From IMG/VR virus record IMGVR_UViG_2648501787_000004, positions 1 through 22,547 of that record: DNA of 22,547 bases, one strand, 5' to 3'. A model generated the notes under the pieces. The model was not told the origin of the DNA and did not search any database. It saw nothing but the letters and a program-made list of their open reading frames with translations. The position numbers were made by a program, and so were the translations under genes. Positions within the stretch are counted from its first letter, which is position 1; the number at the start of each line of letters is the position of its first letter. This document shows, piece after piece, positions 9,742 through 18,432 of this stretch. The DNA comes from a virus. Lineage: Duplodnaviria; Heunggongvirae; Uroviricota; Caudoviricetes.

Positions 9742-10485
9742 TTAACCTGCGGCGCTGACAGTCACCGTAGCCACTGCCACAAAATCGCCGTCAGAAGTCA
9801 TGCCCACAATGCTGACACTGCCCTGCTTCACGCCTTTCACCGTGGCCACAAGCCCGTTCAGGGTCACCGTGGCAGTCTGTGGATCTGTCGAATGCACACT
9901 GATCGCTTTGTCACTGGCTCCGTCAGGTTTTACTGTAAAGGTCAGCGTGGTGGTTGCTCCCACATTGACACTGGCGGATGCCGGTGCCACCGTCAGCCCG
10001 GTAACGCCCACAGTTTGAGTGCCCTCCTCTGCCAGATATGGACGCCCCACACCGCTGATTTTCACGGTGCGGGTCATCACGTCTTTTGAGGCAATGGTTT
10101 TACCCAGTGAACTCAGCCAGCCACGGAAAACATCAACAGTGCCGTTGGGATATTTGATACGAAACGCGCAGACTTCACCGGAGTCGAACAACTGAACCAG
10201 TTTTTTCTGCCCGCTGTCACCCGGACGCCAGGCCAGCGTCGCCGAAGTATCACCGACGGATTTCTGCCCCTGGGTTGTCGTTTTCCAGTCTGCATCTTCA
10301 TCATCGAGATAAGTGTCATCTTCTGCATCAGCGGTCATTTCGCCAGGTTGCAGATCCTTCACCATCGCAAGACGCAGCCAGTCAGTGTCCGACAGAGGAT
10401 TCGCAAACGCATCGCCGTTGCCGGTATACATCCAGAACGTCGTCCCCGCACCTTTCGTCTTTGCCAGTGGATTTGGTGTGGTCAT
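9742..10485 (-). CDS. V: Major tail tube protein V with C-terminal Ig-like (Big_2-type) domain
   Basis: Track ORF 9742-10560; the probable start is MTTPNPLAKTKGAGTTFW (ATG 10485-10483) with AAGGAGG upstream (revcomp of 10491-10497); strong lambda V similarity (KGAGTT.W.Y.G.GD..ANPLSD.DW.RLA.VKDL.PGE...DDEDADW...GQGQKS.GDTS.TLAW.PG..G...NGTVDVFRGW.SS.GK). Confidence 0.9.
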   Translation of the reverse strand: MTTPNPLAKTKGAGTTFWMYTGNGDAFANPLSDTDWLRLAMVKDLQPGEMTADAEDDTYLDDEDADWKTTTQGQKSVGDTSATLAWRPGDSGQKKLVQLFDSGEVCAFRIKYPNGTVDVFRGWLSSLGKTIASKDVMTRTVKISGVGRPYLAEEGTQTVGVTGLTVAPASASVNVGATTTLTFTVKPDGASDKAISVHSTDPQTATVTLNGLVATVKGVKQGSVSIVGMTSDGDFVAVATVTVSAAG

Positions 10486-10495
10486 TACCACCTCC

Positions 10496-10897
10496 TTAAT
10501 TCGTGTACGTGATCTGGTACGTGATTTCCGCCATCGCCCAGGTGGCCATCTCATTATCACGTTGATAGTTAAAACCGAGTGGGATCAGGGTGTCGATGAG
10601 TCCGGAAAGTGCCGGTACATCATTCAGAGCCGGGAAAATGGTGCTCTCCATCCACATATCCAGCTCTGAATCCGGTGCCTTTGCCCGGATGAAGACGGCA
10701 ATATGCAGAACAGCCTGCCAGTCATCTTCATCCGTCATTTTTCCGGTGTACTGAGCATCACTCAGCCACACCGCCACGGCAGGCAGTTCCTGCGCATCAA
10801 TAAATGCCGGAAGCCCGTCAAAAAACGTGGCGCTGTCTCCACACTGTTCCCGAAGGCGTGCCAGTACGACCTGGCGGATTTGTGTATGTCGGTTCAT
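10496..10897 (-). CDS. U: Tail terminator protein U
   Basis: Track ORF 10496-10909; start at Met5 (MNRHTQIRQVVLARL...) gives an ATGA overlap with the Z stop; motifs ATFFDG.PA..D....PAVAV.L....YTG......W.A.LHI.VF......PDSELD.WMES.I.P matching lambda U by recall. Confidence 0.88.
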   Translation of the reverse strand: MNRHTQIRQVVLARLREQCGDSATFFDGLPAFIDAQELPAVAVWLSDAQYTGKMTDEDDWQAVLHIAVFIRAKAPDSELDMWMESTIFPALNDVPALSGLIDTLIPLGFNYQRDNEMATWAMAEITYQITYTN

Positions 10898-11484
10898 CGG
10901 GTCAGCCATAATCTCAGTTGTTGTTTCAGTGCATACCCCAGCTGTTTCGGCATTTCCGCAGCAATGATGCGGTCGCGGGCATCTTCAAATGCCTGTGTCA
11001 GCGGTCCGGACAGCGGGATTTTCACTACCTCCACAGGAAGACGATTTTTCCTTGGCCTGCCCTGATAGTCATGCCCTGTTGCAAAACGCGCTTCAGGAAG
11101 ACGCCTCAGAACATGCCAGCGGCCATTCGCCAGTTGCTGAACAAATGCCCCCCGGAAAAAGTATTTTCCCACTCTCAGTCCTTCACCAGCACGCCGCCGT
11201 GTTGTGTTCAGTTTGATGGCGGGCAGATTGCCCCGGTTAACGCGGATCCTGGCCGTCATTTTTCCTGACGGACTGGCTTTAAACACCCGGACACGCTGAC
11301 GTACCAGTTTCAGGGGGATCCCTTTCACCTGGTTATCTCCCGCAACGGTATTCCCGGCAACCTGCCGGGTGGCAACCGAGACCGCTTTCTGTGCCACACG
11401 GTTTATCGCCCATGCGCTGGCCTGTGGCACCATACGGGTATCAAGGCTGTTCAGATTGCGGATGGCATTCTCAAGCCCCTTCAT
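10894..11484 (-). CDS. Z: Tail completion protein Z
   Basis: 196 aa; lambda-Z-like features by recall (KGLE.A..NL, IKVNRG.LP.IKL, NGRWHV, VVKIP...PLT.AF, LP..LGYAL..QLR); position between FII and U. Confidence 0.85.
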   Translation of the reverse strand: MKGLENAIRNLNSLDTRMVPQASAWAINRVAQKAVSVATRQVAGNTVAGDNQVKGIPLKLVRQRVRVFKASPSGKMTARIRVNRGNLPAIKLNTTRRRAGEGLRVGKYFFRGAFVQQLANGRWHVLRRLPEARFATGHDYQGRPRKNRLPVEVVKIPLSGPLTQAFEDARDRIIAAEMPKQLGYALKQQLRLWLTR

Positions 11485-11495
11485 CCCACACCTCT

Positions 11496-11771
11496 TTACT
11501 CAATAAAGATCATTGGCTTACCGTTAAAGCGTTCATGCCGTGTGACCGTCCAATGTTGTCCGTCATAAACAACGCGATCCCCGCGCCGTGGGCGGTATCC
11601 CGAAGAAAACACCACCAGAGAGACCGCAGGTCCGGACAGAGCATTCAGCTCTGCCAGTGTTTCTCCCGGGATCACAGTCATATCGACATCATTAATCGAG
11701 GCTGTCTTTCCCATCTTTCTGACAGTGATCGCATCCATACGCGCTGCCAGCCGGGAAAAGGGATCAGACAT
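11496..11771 (-). CDS. FII: Head-tail joining protein, FII-like
   Basis: 91 aa; N terminus MSDPFSRLAARMDAITVRKMGK resembles lambda FII MADFDNLFDAAIARADETIRGYMG, plus an RRGD motif; its start overlaps the preceding gene's stop by 8 nt. Confidence 0.7.
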   Translation of the reverse strand: MSDPFSRLAARMDAITVRKMGKTASINDVDMTVIPGETLAELNALSGPAVSLVVFSSGYRPRRGDRVVYDGQHWTVTRHERFNGKPMIFIE

Positions 11772-12087
11772 TGAGTTTTACCGGCACTTCTTCTGCACTG
11801 GTTCCGGCATCTGCCCAGACAACCCCGACCAGCGGATCAGAGCCGCTGTTAGTCAGCTGAACTTTTCCGGACTTCAGATAAACCTTCTTACCCGTTTTCA
11901 TGTCATCCGTTTTCAGCTTAGGCAGCATAAACACACCTTCGGTCAGGCCGTCGCCTGTTTCACCCTGTGGAATATCGGTCAGCGCCACCGCAAAAACATC
12001 ACCCACCTGCACCAGGTCTCCGCTGCTGATGGCTGCACTGGCAACAATCGCCACCGTTTTTCCTTCTTCTACAAAATTCTTTGCCAT
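11764..12087 (-). CDS. Small head protein (DUF2190-like; possible head decoration or head completion role)
   Basis: Track ORF starts at a non-ATG codon (12132); the likely start is ATG 12087 (MAKNFVEEGKTV...) with GGAGA 6 nt upstream. ~107 aa, Gly/Val-rich, sits immediately after the capsid gene as in many HK97-like head modules. Family assignment is from memory and tentative. Confidence 0.55.
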   Translation of the reverse strand: MAKNFVEEGKTVAIVASAAISSGDLVQVGDVFAVALTDIPQGETGDGLTEGVFMLPKLKTDDMKTGKKVYLKSGKVQLTNSGSDPLVGVVWADAGTSAEEVPVKLNV

Positions 12088-12100
12088 AACTGTCTCCGCA

Positions 12101-12149
12101 CAGCCCCGTTCAGGGGCTGATTTCAGGTACAAAAAAAGCCCTTACGGGC
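12101..12149 (-). promoter_or_regulatory. Two hairpins between capsid gene 1 and the next gene (weak terminator plus RBS-proximal hairpin)
   Basis: Minus strand: GGCCC-gtaa-GGGC followed by TTTTTTT (12131-12149), then CAGCCCC-tgaac-GGGGCTG (12101-12119) just upstream of the RBS of the small head gene. Confidence 0.4.
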
Positions 12150-12173
12150 CATCAGAGTTGTTGTCTGCGACGT

Positions 12174-14132
12174 TTACGCCGTACATTTCACCAGACCGCG
12201 GTGATCAACTGGCGCGACACCGGCGTCAATACGCACTTTCGTTGTCACGCCATCCACACTGAAGCCCTCCATCTGATCAATATATGGCGTATCCACACCG
12301 TTGAGATAAGCCACTTCAATCGTATCGGAGCCTTTTGACGCAGCCAGGTAGAAGGTGGTCTGGCTGTTATCATCAAGACGAGGCTCTGCAATAACGGTCG
12401 CAAAATCTTTCACCGGGTTAATAATACCGGCGTTAATGTCAGCCCCCTTGACACTTGAGGAGCGAATGACCTGGTTAGCAACAGACTCCATCGCCGTCGG
12501 TACCAGTACGAACGCAGGACGAATATTCAGATGACGCTCCCCCTCTTTCTGAACGCGCATCAACTGGCGGGCTTTATCCAGCGATGCCACGTCCATTGCA
12601 GCGCTCTCCAGTACGTTTGCATGTTTCGCTTTATCGAACAGACTTACATTATCTGTGGAGATTTTCGGGTTAGACGTCAGAATGGCATAAACCAGATCGG
12701 CAATAGTGGATTTCGCCGCACGGCCCAGCTTCATCGGGACATCGGTCAGCATATTCAGATCATCATTGATAATGGCCTGACGGGTGATACTGAACAGCTC
12801 GCCATAGGTCGCCAGTGCAATAGTGGCCTGTTTATCTCCGGTGGTGACGTATTTATATTCCGCCCCTTCACGCACCTGACGCAGAGCACTGAAGCCCCCC
12901 ATACCCACACGATGGGCAATTTTAAAATCAGACAACTGACCTTTCCGCGTCCACTGTTCATAGGTTTCAGGGGCATCTTCCCAGCCCTGCAGAATGGCTT
13001 TGTTCGCAACATCCAGCAGAATATTACCGAAGTCAGACGTACTGTGTGTGAACGCCGCACCGACCATCTGCATCGGGTTATAACTGGAAATCCCAATACC
13101 CCGTTCAGTCAGTGACATACGGGCATATTCACGCAGGGTCATCCCGTTGTAGACATTATCACGTTCGGTTTTTTCAAATCCGGCACGCGCCATCAGCGCC
13201 TGGCGAATCCCGTCCCCCACAAAATTACCGTTACCGGCATAAATATGAGCCGGGGTATTTTTATTGGATGGCGTGGACTCGCGCCCCATCTCGTTCAACA
13301 GCTTTTCGCGGGCCTGCTCCAGCGAACATTCAGGATCGGCAAGACACTGAGCCTGCAGCGTCTGATAACGCCCGCCAAACATGGCAAACAGATCATTAAT
13401 ACCGTTTACACGCGCTTTTTGCTCTGCCAGTACCTGCGCACGGATGCTGTTTTCATCCACCACGGGTGCTGCTGCCTGCACTGGCGTCCGGGAGGCTGCA
13501 GGTTCATCATCCTGTACGCGTGGAGCACTGTTGCGTGGCGGAGTAATCATGTTTCGAATGGATTCCGGCATCTTTTTAAATTCCTCTGTACGTTTTGACT
13601 GAATACATGCCATTGCCTTAACGGCTGGCGTCACCTGATCAGCAAATCCATGTGCCAGACATTCGGCACCGGACATCCAGGTCTCATCCGCCAGCATGGC
13701 AGCAATTTCATCGGTGGTTTTCCCGGTTTTCTGTGCATAAGCGGGTAACAGAACCGCCTCAACCTTATCGAGCAGGTCGGCATAGGTGCGCATGTCCTCC
13801 GCATCACCGCCCGTAAAGCCAAATGGTTTATGAATCATCATGAAGGTGTTTTCCGGCATAATGACCGGGTTTCCCACCATCGCAATGACCGACGCCATTG
13901 ACGCCGCCACACCGTCGACATAAACGGTAATGGACGCACCATGTGTTTTCAGTGCATTAAAAATGGCGATGCCTTCAAAGACATCGCCACCCGGTGAATT
14001 GATATGGAGATTAATGTGGGTGATATCGCCCAGTGCATTCAGATCACTGATAAACTGCTTCGCTGTAACACCCCAGAAACCAATCTCGTCATAAATATAA
14101 ATATCCGCGTCACTCTGGTGACCAGCCTGCAT
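12174..14132 (-). CDS. Prohead protease / scaffold / major capsid fusion protein (copy 1)
   Basis: Track ORF 12174-14393 extends into the portal gene; the likely start is MQAGHQSDADIYIYDEIG (ATG 14132-14130), 14 nt after the portal stop. N-terminal ClpP/S49-like protease region (HINLHINSPGGDVFEG...VDGVAASMASV), C-terminal region with capsid-like character; ~652 aa. Confidence 0.85.
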   Translation of the reverse strand: MQAGHQSDADIYIYDEIGFWGVTAKQFISDLNALGDITHINLHINSPGGDVFEGIAIFNALKTHGASITVYVDGVAASMASVIAMVGNPVIMPENTFMMIHKPFGFTGGDAEDMRTYADLLDKVEAVLLPAYAQKTGKTTDEIAAMLADETWMSGAECLAHGFADQVTPAVKAMACIQSKRTEEFKKMPESIRNMITPPRNSAPRVQDDEPAASRTPVQAAAPVVDENSIRAQVLAEQKARVNGINDLFAMFGGRYQTLQAQCLADPECSLEQAREKLLNEMGRESTPSNKNTPAHIYAGNGNFVGDGIRQALMARAGFEKTERDNVYNGMTLREYARMSLTERGIGISSYNPMQMVGAAFTHSTSDFGNILLDVANKAILQGWEDAPETYEQWTRKGQLSDFKIAHRVGMGGFSALRQVREGAEYKYVTTGDKQATIALATYGELFSITRQAIINDDLNMLTDVPMKLGRAAKSTIADLVYAILTSNPKISTDNVSLFDKAKHANVLESAAMDVASLDKARQLMRVQKEGERHLNIRPAFVLVPTAMESVANQVIRSSSVKGADINAGIINPVKDFATVIAEPRLDDNSQTTFYLAASKGSDTIEVAYLNGVDTPYIDQMEGFSVDGVTTKVRIDAGVAPVDHRGLVKCTA

Positions 14133-14145
14133 CCTGAACCAGGAA

Positions 14146-15654
14146 TTATTCTTCGGACTGGTCGTCGGTGTGCTGCGGCTCCTGTCGTTTCGTTGCGGCA
14201 CTGCTGCCTCCTTTATCACTGGCCGGATCGGTATCAAATACCAGATCCAGCTTGCGGTTTTCATCAATTTCGGCCTTGCGCCGACGTTTGACATCATCCG
14301 GATTACGACCACCAGCACGTACCCAGTCTGATTCTGTCGCCGCTCCACCACGAATCTGGATTTTCCAGGCCTCAGCCTCCTTAACAGGGTCAATCCACGG
14401 CATCACCGGTCCGGAATACACCGCGGTATACAGTGAAGAACGGTCAAGATCGCGGGGTAGCCTGATAACACCGGATGCCACAGCCTGTTTCAGCCAGGCA
14501 CGATACATCGGGCGGGTGACGGCACCAATAAACCAGTCCTGCAGGATCAGGTAGCCATCTGTGGATTCAACCAGCTCCTGACGCTGGGCGCTGTAAGTGC
14601 CGTTATAGTTGCGTGCCGTACTGGAAAAACTCAGACGACTGCCCGCCGCCACGGCACGCAACTGACCATTACGAAAAGTTTCAAGGTTAGGATTGGGACG
14701 ATCCGACTTCACCATTCCGATTTCTTCGCCGGGTTTCAGATCGTCGTAAATAATGCCTGGCTGAATGGTAAGCTCGCGTTCATTCTCCTTGCTGCCATTA
14801 CCATCCGGTTCATAGCTCTGCCCGTCGCCTTTCCGGATGTACATCCCCAGAGCAGCGGCGACCCTTGCTGCAGTCAGCTCAGAATCTTCATACTCTTTCA
14901 GGGCACTGAGGCGGATCAGCACACCGGACAACAAAGACGTCCCGCGCATCTGGTGCAGACGGCGAACAAATTTAAGATGCAGCATTCGCTCTGCATCCAC
15001 TTCTTTGGTTTCCATCTGCCGCCAGGATACGGGACGACTTTTATACACCAGATATTTTTCGGGACGCCCCCAGTCATCAACAAACACGCCCTGATTCAGC
15101 CTGTTGCTCTCATCACTGGTCATGGGAATAAAGTCTGGCTCGAGCGCCTCCAGCCAGAAATGAACACCGGCAGAAGGCGTCAGGTTGTTTATGCGCCCGG
15201 AAACCATCTGGGCAAACACCTCACCATCGCGCAGCCAGGTACGCAACATCAGACGTTCCAGCATCGGACGGGTAAACTGCCCGGTGACTTCCGGGCTGAC
15301 AGACCATTCACTCCATCGGGTGCGTATCTCCGCTGCCAGATCACGGGCAATGGCCCCATTGCGTAATACCGGATGTGGCTCGACAATAATCCCGTTTTTC
15401 CCCACCACCCGTTCTTCCAGCTTGTCAAATACACCAATAACCAGATCGTGGTTGTTATCAAGGTAACGGGCCTGCTCACGTAACGACACGGCCCCGTACT
15501 GGCTTAACTGGTCGGCAGTTCGGTTTTCCCGCCGGGCTTTGTGTGTCCGCGTCGTTTTTACGGCCTCATAAGCCTGGATCACCGCACGGGAACGCAGCCT
15601 TGCCGCTTTCCATCCTGGTGAAAAAACGCCAATCACATCATCAAGAATTGCCAT
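14146..15654 (-). CDS. Portal protein
   Basis: Track ORF 14146-15726; the likely start is MAILDDVIGVF at ATG 15654-15652, overlapping the W stop by 1 nt (TGATG); ~500 aa, acidic C-terminal tail; position between W and the capsid gene. Confidence 0.85.
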   Translation of the reverse strand: MAILDDVIGVFSPGWKAARLRSRAVIQAYEAVKTTRTHKARRENRTADQLSQYGAVSLREQARYLDNNHDLVIGVFDKLEERVVGKNGIIVEPHPVLRNGAIARDLAAEIRTRWSEWSVSPEVTGQFTRPMLERLMLRTWLRDGEVFAQMVSGRINNLTPSAGVHFWLEALEPDFIPMTSDESNRLNQGVFVDDWGRPEKYLVYKSRPVSWRQMETKEVDAERMLHLKFVRRLHQMRGTSLLSGVLIRLSALKEYEDSELTAARVAAALGMYIRKGDGQSYEPDGNGSKENERELTIQPGIIYDDLKPGEEIGMVKSDRPNPNLETFRNGQLRAVAAGSRLSFSSTARNYNGTYSAQRQELVESTDGYLILQDWFIGAVTRPMYRAWLKQAVASGVIRLPRDLDRSSLYTAVYSGPVMPWIDPVKEAEAWKIQIRGGAATESDWVRAGGRNPDDVKRRRKAEIDENRKLDLVFDTDPASDKGGSSAATKRQEPQHTDDQSEE

Positions 15655-15872
15655 CAGAACCTCGCCAGCCGGTACCCGGGATGCCCCCGTCGTCGTGTAA
15701 TCAGAGCCGCAAGGCGGCGCTCCCACTCCTGCCGTCCCTGCCGGATCTCAGATAAGTTTTCCATGGTCATCTGCTGACCATTAAAGGTGACGGATTTTCC
15801 GTCCAGCACCGCCATTTCAGCTTCCGTATAACGCTGAATCATGGCTTCGATATCATTCTGGTTCATAACCAT
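15654..15872 (-). CDS. W: Head-tail joining / head completion protein, gpW-like
   Basis: 72 aa (or 70 from Met3); C-terminal RRRGHPGY resembles the lambda W C terminus (RRRGPAGFYV); placed between terminase large subunit and portal as in lambda. Confidence 0.6.
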   Translation of the reverse strand: MVMNQNDIEAMIQRYTEAEMAVLDGKSVTFNGQQMTMENLSEIRQGRQEWERRLAALITRRRGHPGYRLARF

Positions 15873-16975
15873 CCTCCGGAAGTCAGCCAGGGGTTAACAT
15901 CGTCAGTTACTGTTTTCTTCCGTTTTTGTTTTTTAACAGGCGTGGATACCGGTTCCGGTGAGGGTGACGGTTTGGTACTGTCCGGGACACACTCCAGCCA
16001 GGTTTCCCGGCTCGCCCATTCCGGTGCATCCGGCCAGCGGATCTTTTCGTATCCATGCAGAATGACCAGAGCCTCGGCATACACCATCAGGTCAAAAGCT
16101 TCGTTGGCACCGCGACCCGGCTTACTCCATTTCCCGTCACTGCTCCGCTCTTCATACGTCAGTTCGTCGTAAAACCAGCTCCCCAGCCAGTCAGGGAAAT
16201 GCACATAGCCGGGACCTGGAGAGTCACGCCATAACGCGTTATTCACCCGGTCTTTCAGGGCATCCGTCTGAAGAAGCCAGAGCGGCACATCACCTGCGGC
16301 CTGCGCCCGTCGGCCCGTTCGTCCGGTGTTATCAGGGAATGTACGGGTGATCAGTTTTGCGCGCCGGATGCTGTCGCCCTTAAACAAGTAAATACGTTTA
16401 CCAAGGCCATCACGACGGCAACGACGCCAGAATTTATAGGCATTATCAGTGACCCCGTCTTCACCGCCGGAATCCACCGCCATTGCCATCAGTCGCATTT
16501 GTTGAGAAGGATCGGAGGCCAGCGGCCAGCTTTTATGAAAAACATCCGTCAGCAGGACATCCCAGTCTTCCGGATAGCTGGCCGGATCAATTCGCTGGCT
16601 CTCCCCGTCGCTGTCACCGCGCAATGACTGCGTGATGTTGTAACGATCAATAATCCAGCGTTCGCCACGGCTGCCATAGCCCGTTACCTGAACCACAAAA
16701 CGGCGATGACGTCCCGCCTGCACATCAACTGTCGCCACCAGGAAATTAACGCCATCCGGCACACTGCGGGAAGGAACTGGCTCTGCCCGCTGCTCAAGCA
16801 GTTCACTTTTTCGTTGCTCCATGCTGGCACGGGGAAGATAAGGTAATCCCCAGTCGGTATTGATAACCGTCTTGAGTGTTTCTTCACTTCCGGTTGTCTC
16901 GTATTCCTGTTCTGCAGTAAGCAGTTTGTAAACGAGTTGCGAGAGTGTCTGGTAAGCAGCTGCCGGACCCTCCAT
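15863..16975 (-). pseudogene. A: Terminase large subunit, C-terminal (nuclease) domain only; N-terminal ATPase domain absent
   Basis: 370-aa ORF resembling roughly the C-terminal half of lambda gpA (e.g. VATVDVQ..., WDSKKRRNEALDCFVYA-like region ...GANEAFDLMVYAEAL). Upstream in frame there are only 11 unrelated codons before a stop (17009-17011), and the sequence above 16980 is AT-rich non-coding DNA. Confidence 0.75.
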
Positions 16976-16979
16976 CCAG

Positions 16980-17440
16980 GAAGAAGTAAATAAAAGGTAA
17001 CTAAATGATTATAAGGTACTATTGAGTTATGCCCCCTACAACATAGTCCCAGATTTAGTACCTGCTTAAGCGATAAAAAAGCCAAAAAGGAAGCAATATT
17101 AATTATTGCCGCTATGCATGATCACAATGACAAATCAGAGGCGGAATTCCGCTCTCGGAACTCACATATGAGAAACGATATTTCTTCCACCGATACCCTT
17201 TATTTGGGTATCGCGAGTAAGCCCCAAAATCTGGGTGTTACTCTTACTACCCAAACTACGGGTAGTTTCCGTAGTTTCATAGTCGAGTTGCAGATCTGCA
17301 ACTCGCCACCAGTTGCTAAGTGCATTTTTGCACTTTCGATAATATCAACCAGTTACCGCCGTAAGTGCTCCGGCTTCCTCCACTGGTAAGTATTTTTCGC
17401 GCTCTCCCTCCGTTGTTGAGAACGGCGACGGTATGCCAGC
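16980..17440. other. AT-rich, palindrome-rich non-coding segment replacing the middle of the terminase large subunit gene
   Basis: Visibly AT-rich compared with flanking genes; contains the perfect 12-bp palindrome GCGGAATTCCGC (17141-17152), hairpin CGATACCC-n7-GGGTATCG (17191-17213), inverted repeat AAACTACGG-n7-CCGTAGTTT (~17252-17276) and a perfect 20-bp palindrome GAGTTGCAGATCTGCAACTC (17285-17304). No ORF with recognisable similarity. Confidence 0.6.
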
Positions 17441-17640
17441 AACTCAAGAACTCTGGTTCGTATGTTGCGCATATCAACGCCGTTAAGCTCAATACCGTCA
17501 CGGCGCATCACCTCAGCCACCACACGCGCGTAATTTTCAGCGGTGACTGTATCCGGCTGCGCGGCCTGTTCGTCAGCCAACTGGCTGATTCCACCAGCAC
17601 AGCGGATTAATCGCAGTATTTCAGATTCGGTCATTATCAT
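17353..17640 (-). pseudogene. Short ORF translationally coupled to the small terminase gene; probably the N-terminal remnant of the large terminase gene
   Basis: Its ATG overlaps the Nu1-like stop by 4 nt (17637-17640), the position where the large terminase gene normally starts; the last ~30 codons are Arg/Gln-rich and run into the AT-rich segment, suggesting read-through into non-native sequence. Homology to the gpA N terminus is weak. Confidence 0.35.
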
Positions 17641-18122
17641 GCCTGTTTTGCGACCTCATTCACTACGTCATTTTTTACCATCCGGCTGATAATCTGATTA
17701 CGCAAATCGTCAATAATTGACTGCACTCTGTTTACTGCCATCGGTTTAAGCCCGGCATCACGTGCCAGAATATTGGGGAGTTTTGCCAGTTCCTCGCTTA
17801 CGATTTCCCCCCATATAGCCATCTCTTTTCGCACATCATCGGCGGGTATGAGTTGCGCCGTTTCCTGTTCGAACTTGAGGCGCTCACGTTCGGACTGATA
17901 CCAGGCCTTACGGTCATGTGGCTCCATTTCTTCCAGTGATGCCGGAACGGGAAGATCAAGAAAACAGGTCAGAATGTCAGTCACCCGATAGAGTTTTAGC
18001 TTGTCATGCCCTCCGGCTGGCTGGATGTTTTTCAGCCTTGCCGCCGCAGTCTGACGACATATTCCCGCTATCGCCGCCAGTTGATTAATGTTCAGCATCA
18101 GATTTTTCAGTTCTCGATCCAT
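17637..18122 (-). CDS. Terminase small subunit, Nu1-like
   Basis: Track ORF 17637-18209; the likely start is MDRELKNLMLNINQLAAIAGICRQTAAARL (ATG 18122-18120, GGAG 7 nt upstream). N-terminal helix-turn-helix followed by a charged coiled region (ERERLKFEQETAQL), laid out like lambda Nu1; first gene after a cos-like region. Confidence 0.65.
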   Translation of the reverse strand: MDRELKNLMLNINQLAAIAGICRQTAAARLKNIQPAGGHDKLKLYRVTDILTCFLDLPVPASLEEMEPHDRKAWYQSERERLKFEQETAQLIPADDVRKEMAIWGEIVSEELAKLPNILARDAGLKPMAVNRVQSIIDDLRNQIISRMVKNDVVNEVAKQA

Positions 18123-18289
18123 ACCCGCTCCAGAATGTTTTAAACATGCATCTTGCGAACAACTTTCAGAAGAGGTCAAAAAATGCGCTATATGTTGAGC
18201 ATAAAACAAGCAAAATTAACATGCCAAAAATAAAAACACTTAAAATTCAATATCATAGAAAGATGATGATGACGAATGAAAATGCAAAA
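18123..18289. promoter_or_regulatory. cosB-like AT-rich region with repeated TGCAT-containing motifs between the cos candidate and the small terminase start
   Basis: Minus strand: ...tttttGCATtttcattcgtcat...tttttggCATGttaattttgcttgttttatgc...caagaTGCATGtttaaaac...; contains TTCGTCAT and TGTTTTTATTT, which I recall from lambda cosB. Possible terminase small subunit or IHF binding sites. Confidence 0.35.
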
Positions 18290-18370
18290 ACTAGCCTTTT
18301 TCCGCGCCGCTCCCGCCTCGCGGCAGGCCACCTCACCGGGAGGACCCACCCAAAAAAGGCGACTGTCACT
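18290..18370. promoter_or_regulatory. Candidate cos site (cosQ/cosN-like GC-rich element)
   Basis: Minus strand reads GGGTCCTCCCGGTGAGGTGGCCTGCCGCGAGGCGGGAGCGGCGCGG; the GGGTCCT..CCGGTGA stretch resembles my recollection of the lambda right-end flank (GGGTCCTTTCCGGTGATCC), and the element sits ~170-250 bp upstream of the Nu1-like start. The exact nick positions cannot be assigned. Confidence 0.4.
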
Positions 18371-18432
18371 ATTGTTTATGCTCCATGAGCGACAAAACCG
18401 CCCGCAGGCGGTTTCACATAAAACATTTTGCA

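Noticed and set aside
12531-13115. 194-aa plus-strand ORF
   Set aside because: Antisense to capsid gene copy 1; no independent support.
14133-14393. N-terminal extension of capsid gene 1 (track ORF starts at 14393)
   Set aside because: The extension overlaps the 3' end of the portal gene in another frame and has no counterpart in capsid copy 2; the internal ATG at 14132 aligns with the copy-2 start.
16684-17085. 133-aa minus-strand ORF
   Set aside because: Mostly an out-of-frame overlap with the terminase C-terminal ORF, extending into the AT-rich insert; no similarity to anything recognisable.
17130-17320. tRNA or tmRNA gene
   Set aside because: The hairpins are simple palindromes with no cloverleaf arrangement, no conserved T-loop (GTTC-type) motif and no CCA or acceptor-stem logic.
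16980-17440. Insertion sequence or transposase
   Set aside because: No transposase-like ORF and no terminal inverted repeats flanking the segment; kept only as an unexplained structured insert, possibly MITE-like.
18123-18209. N-terminal extension of the Nu1-like ORF
   Set aside because: The internal ATG at 18122 has a GGAG RBS and starts directly at the helix-turn-helix, and the extension would run into the cosB-like region. The upstream start is kept as a less likely alternative.
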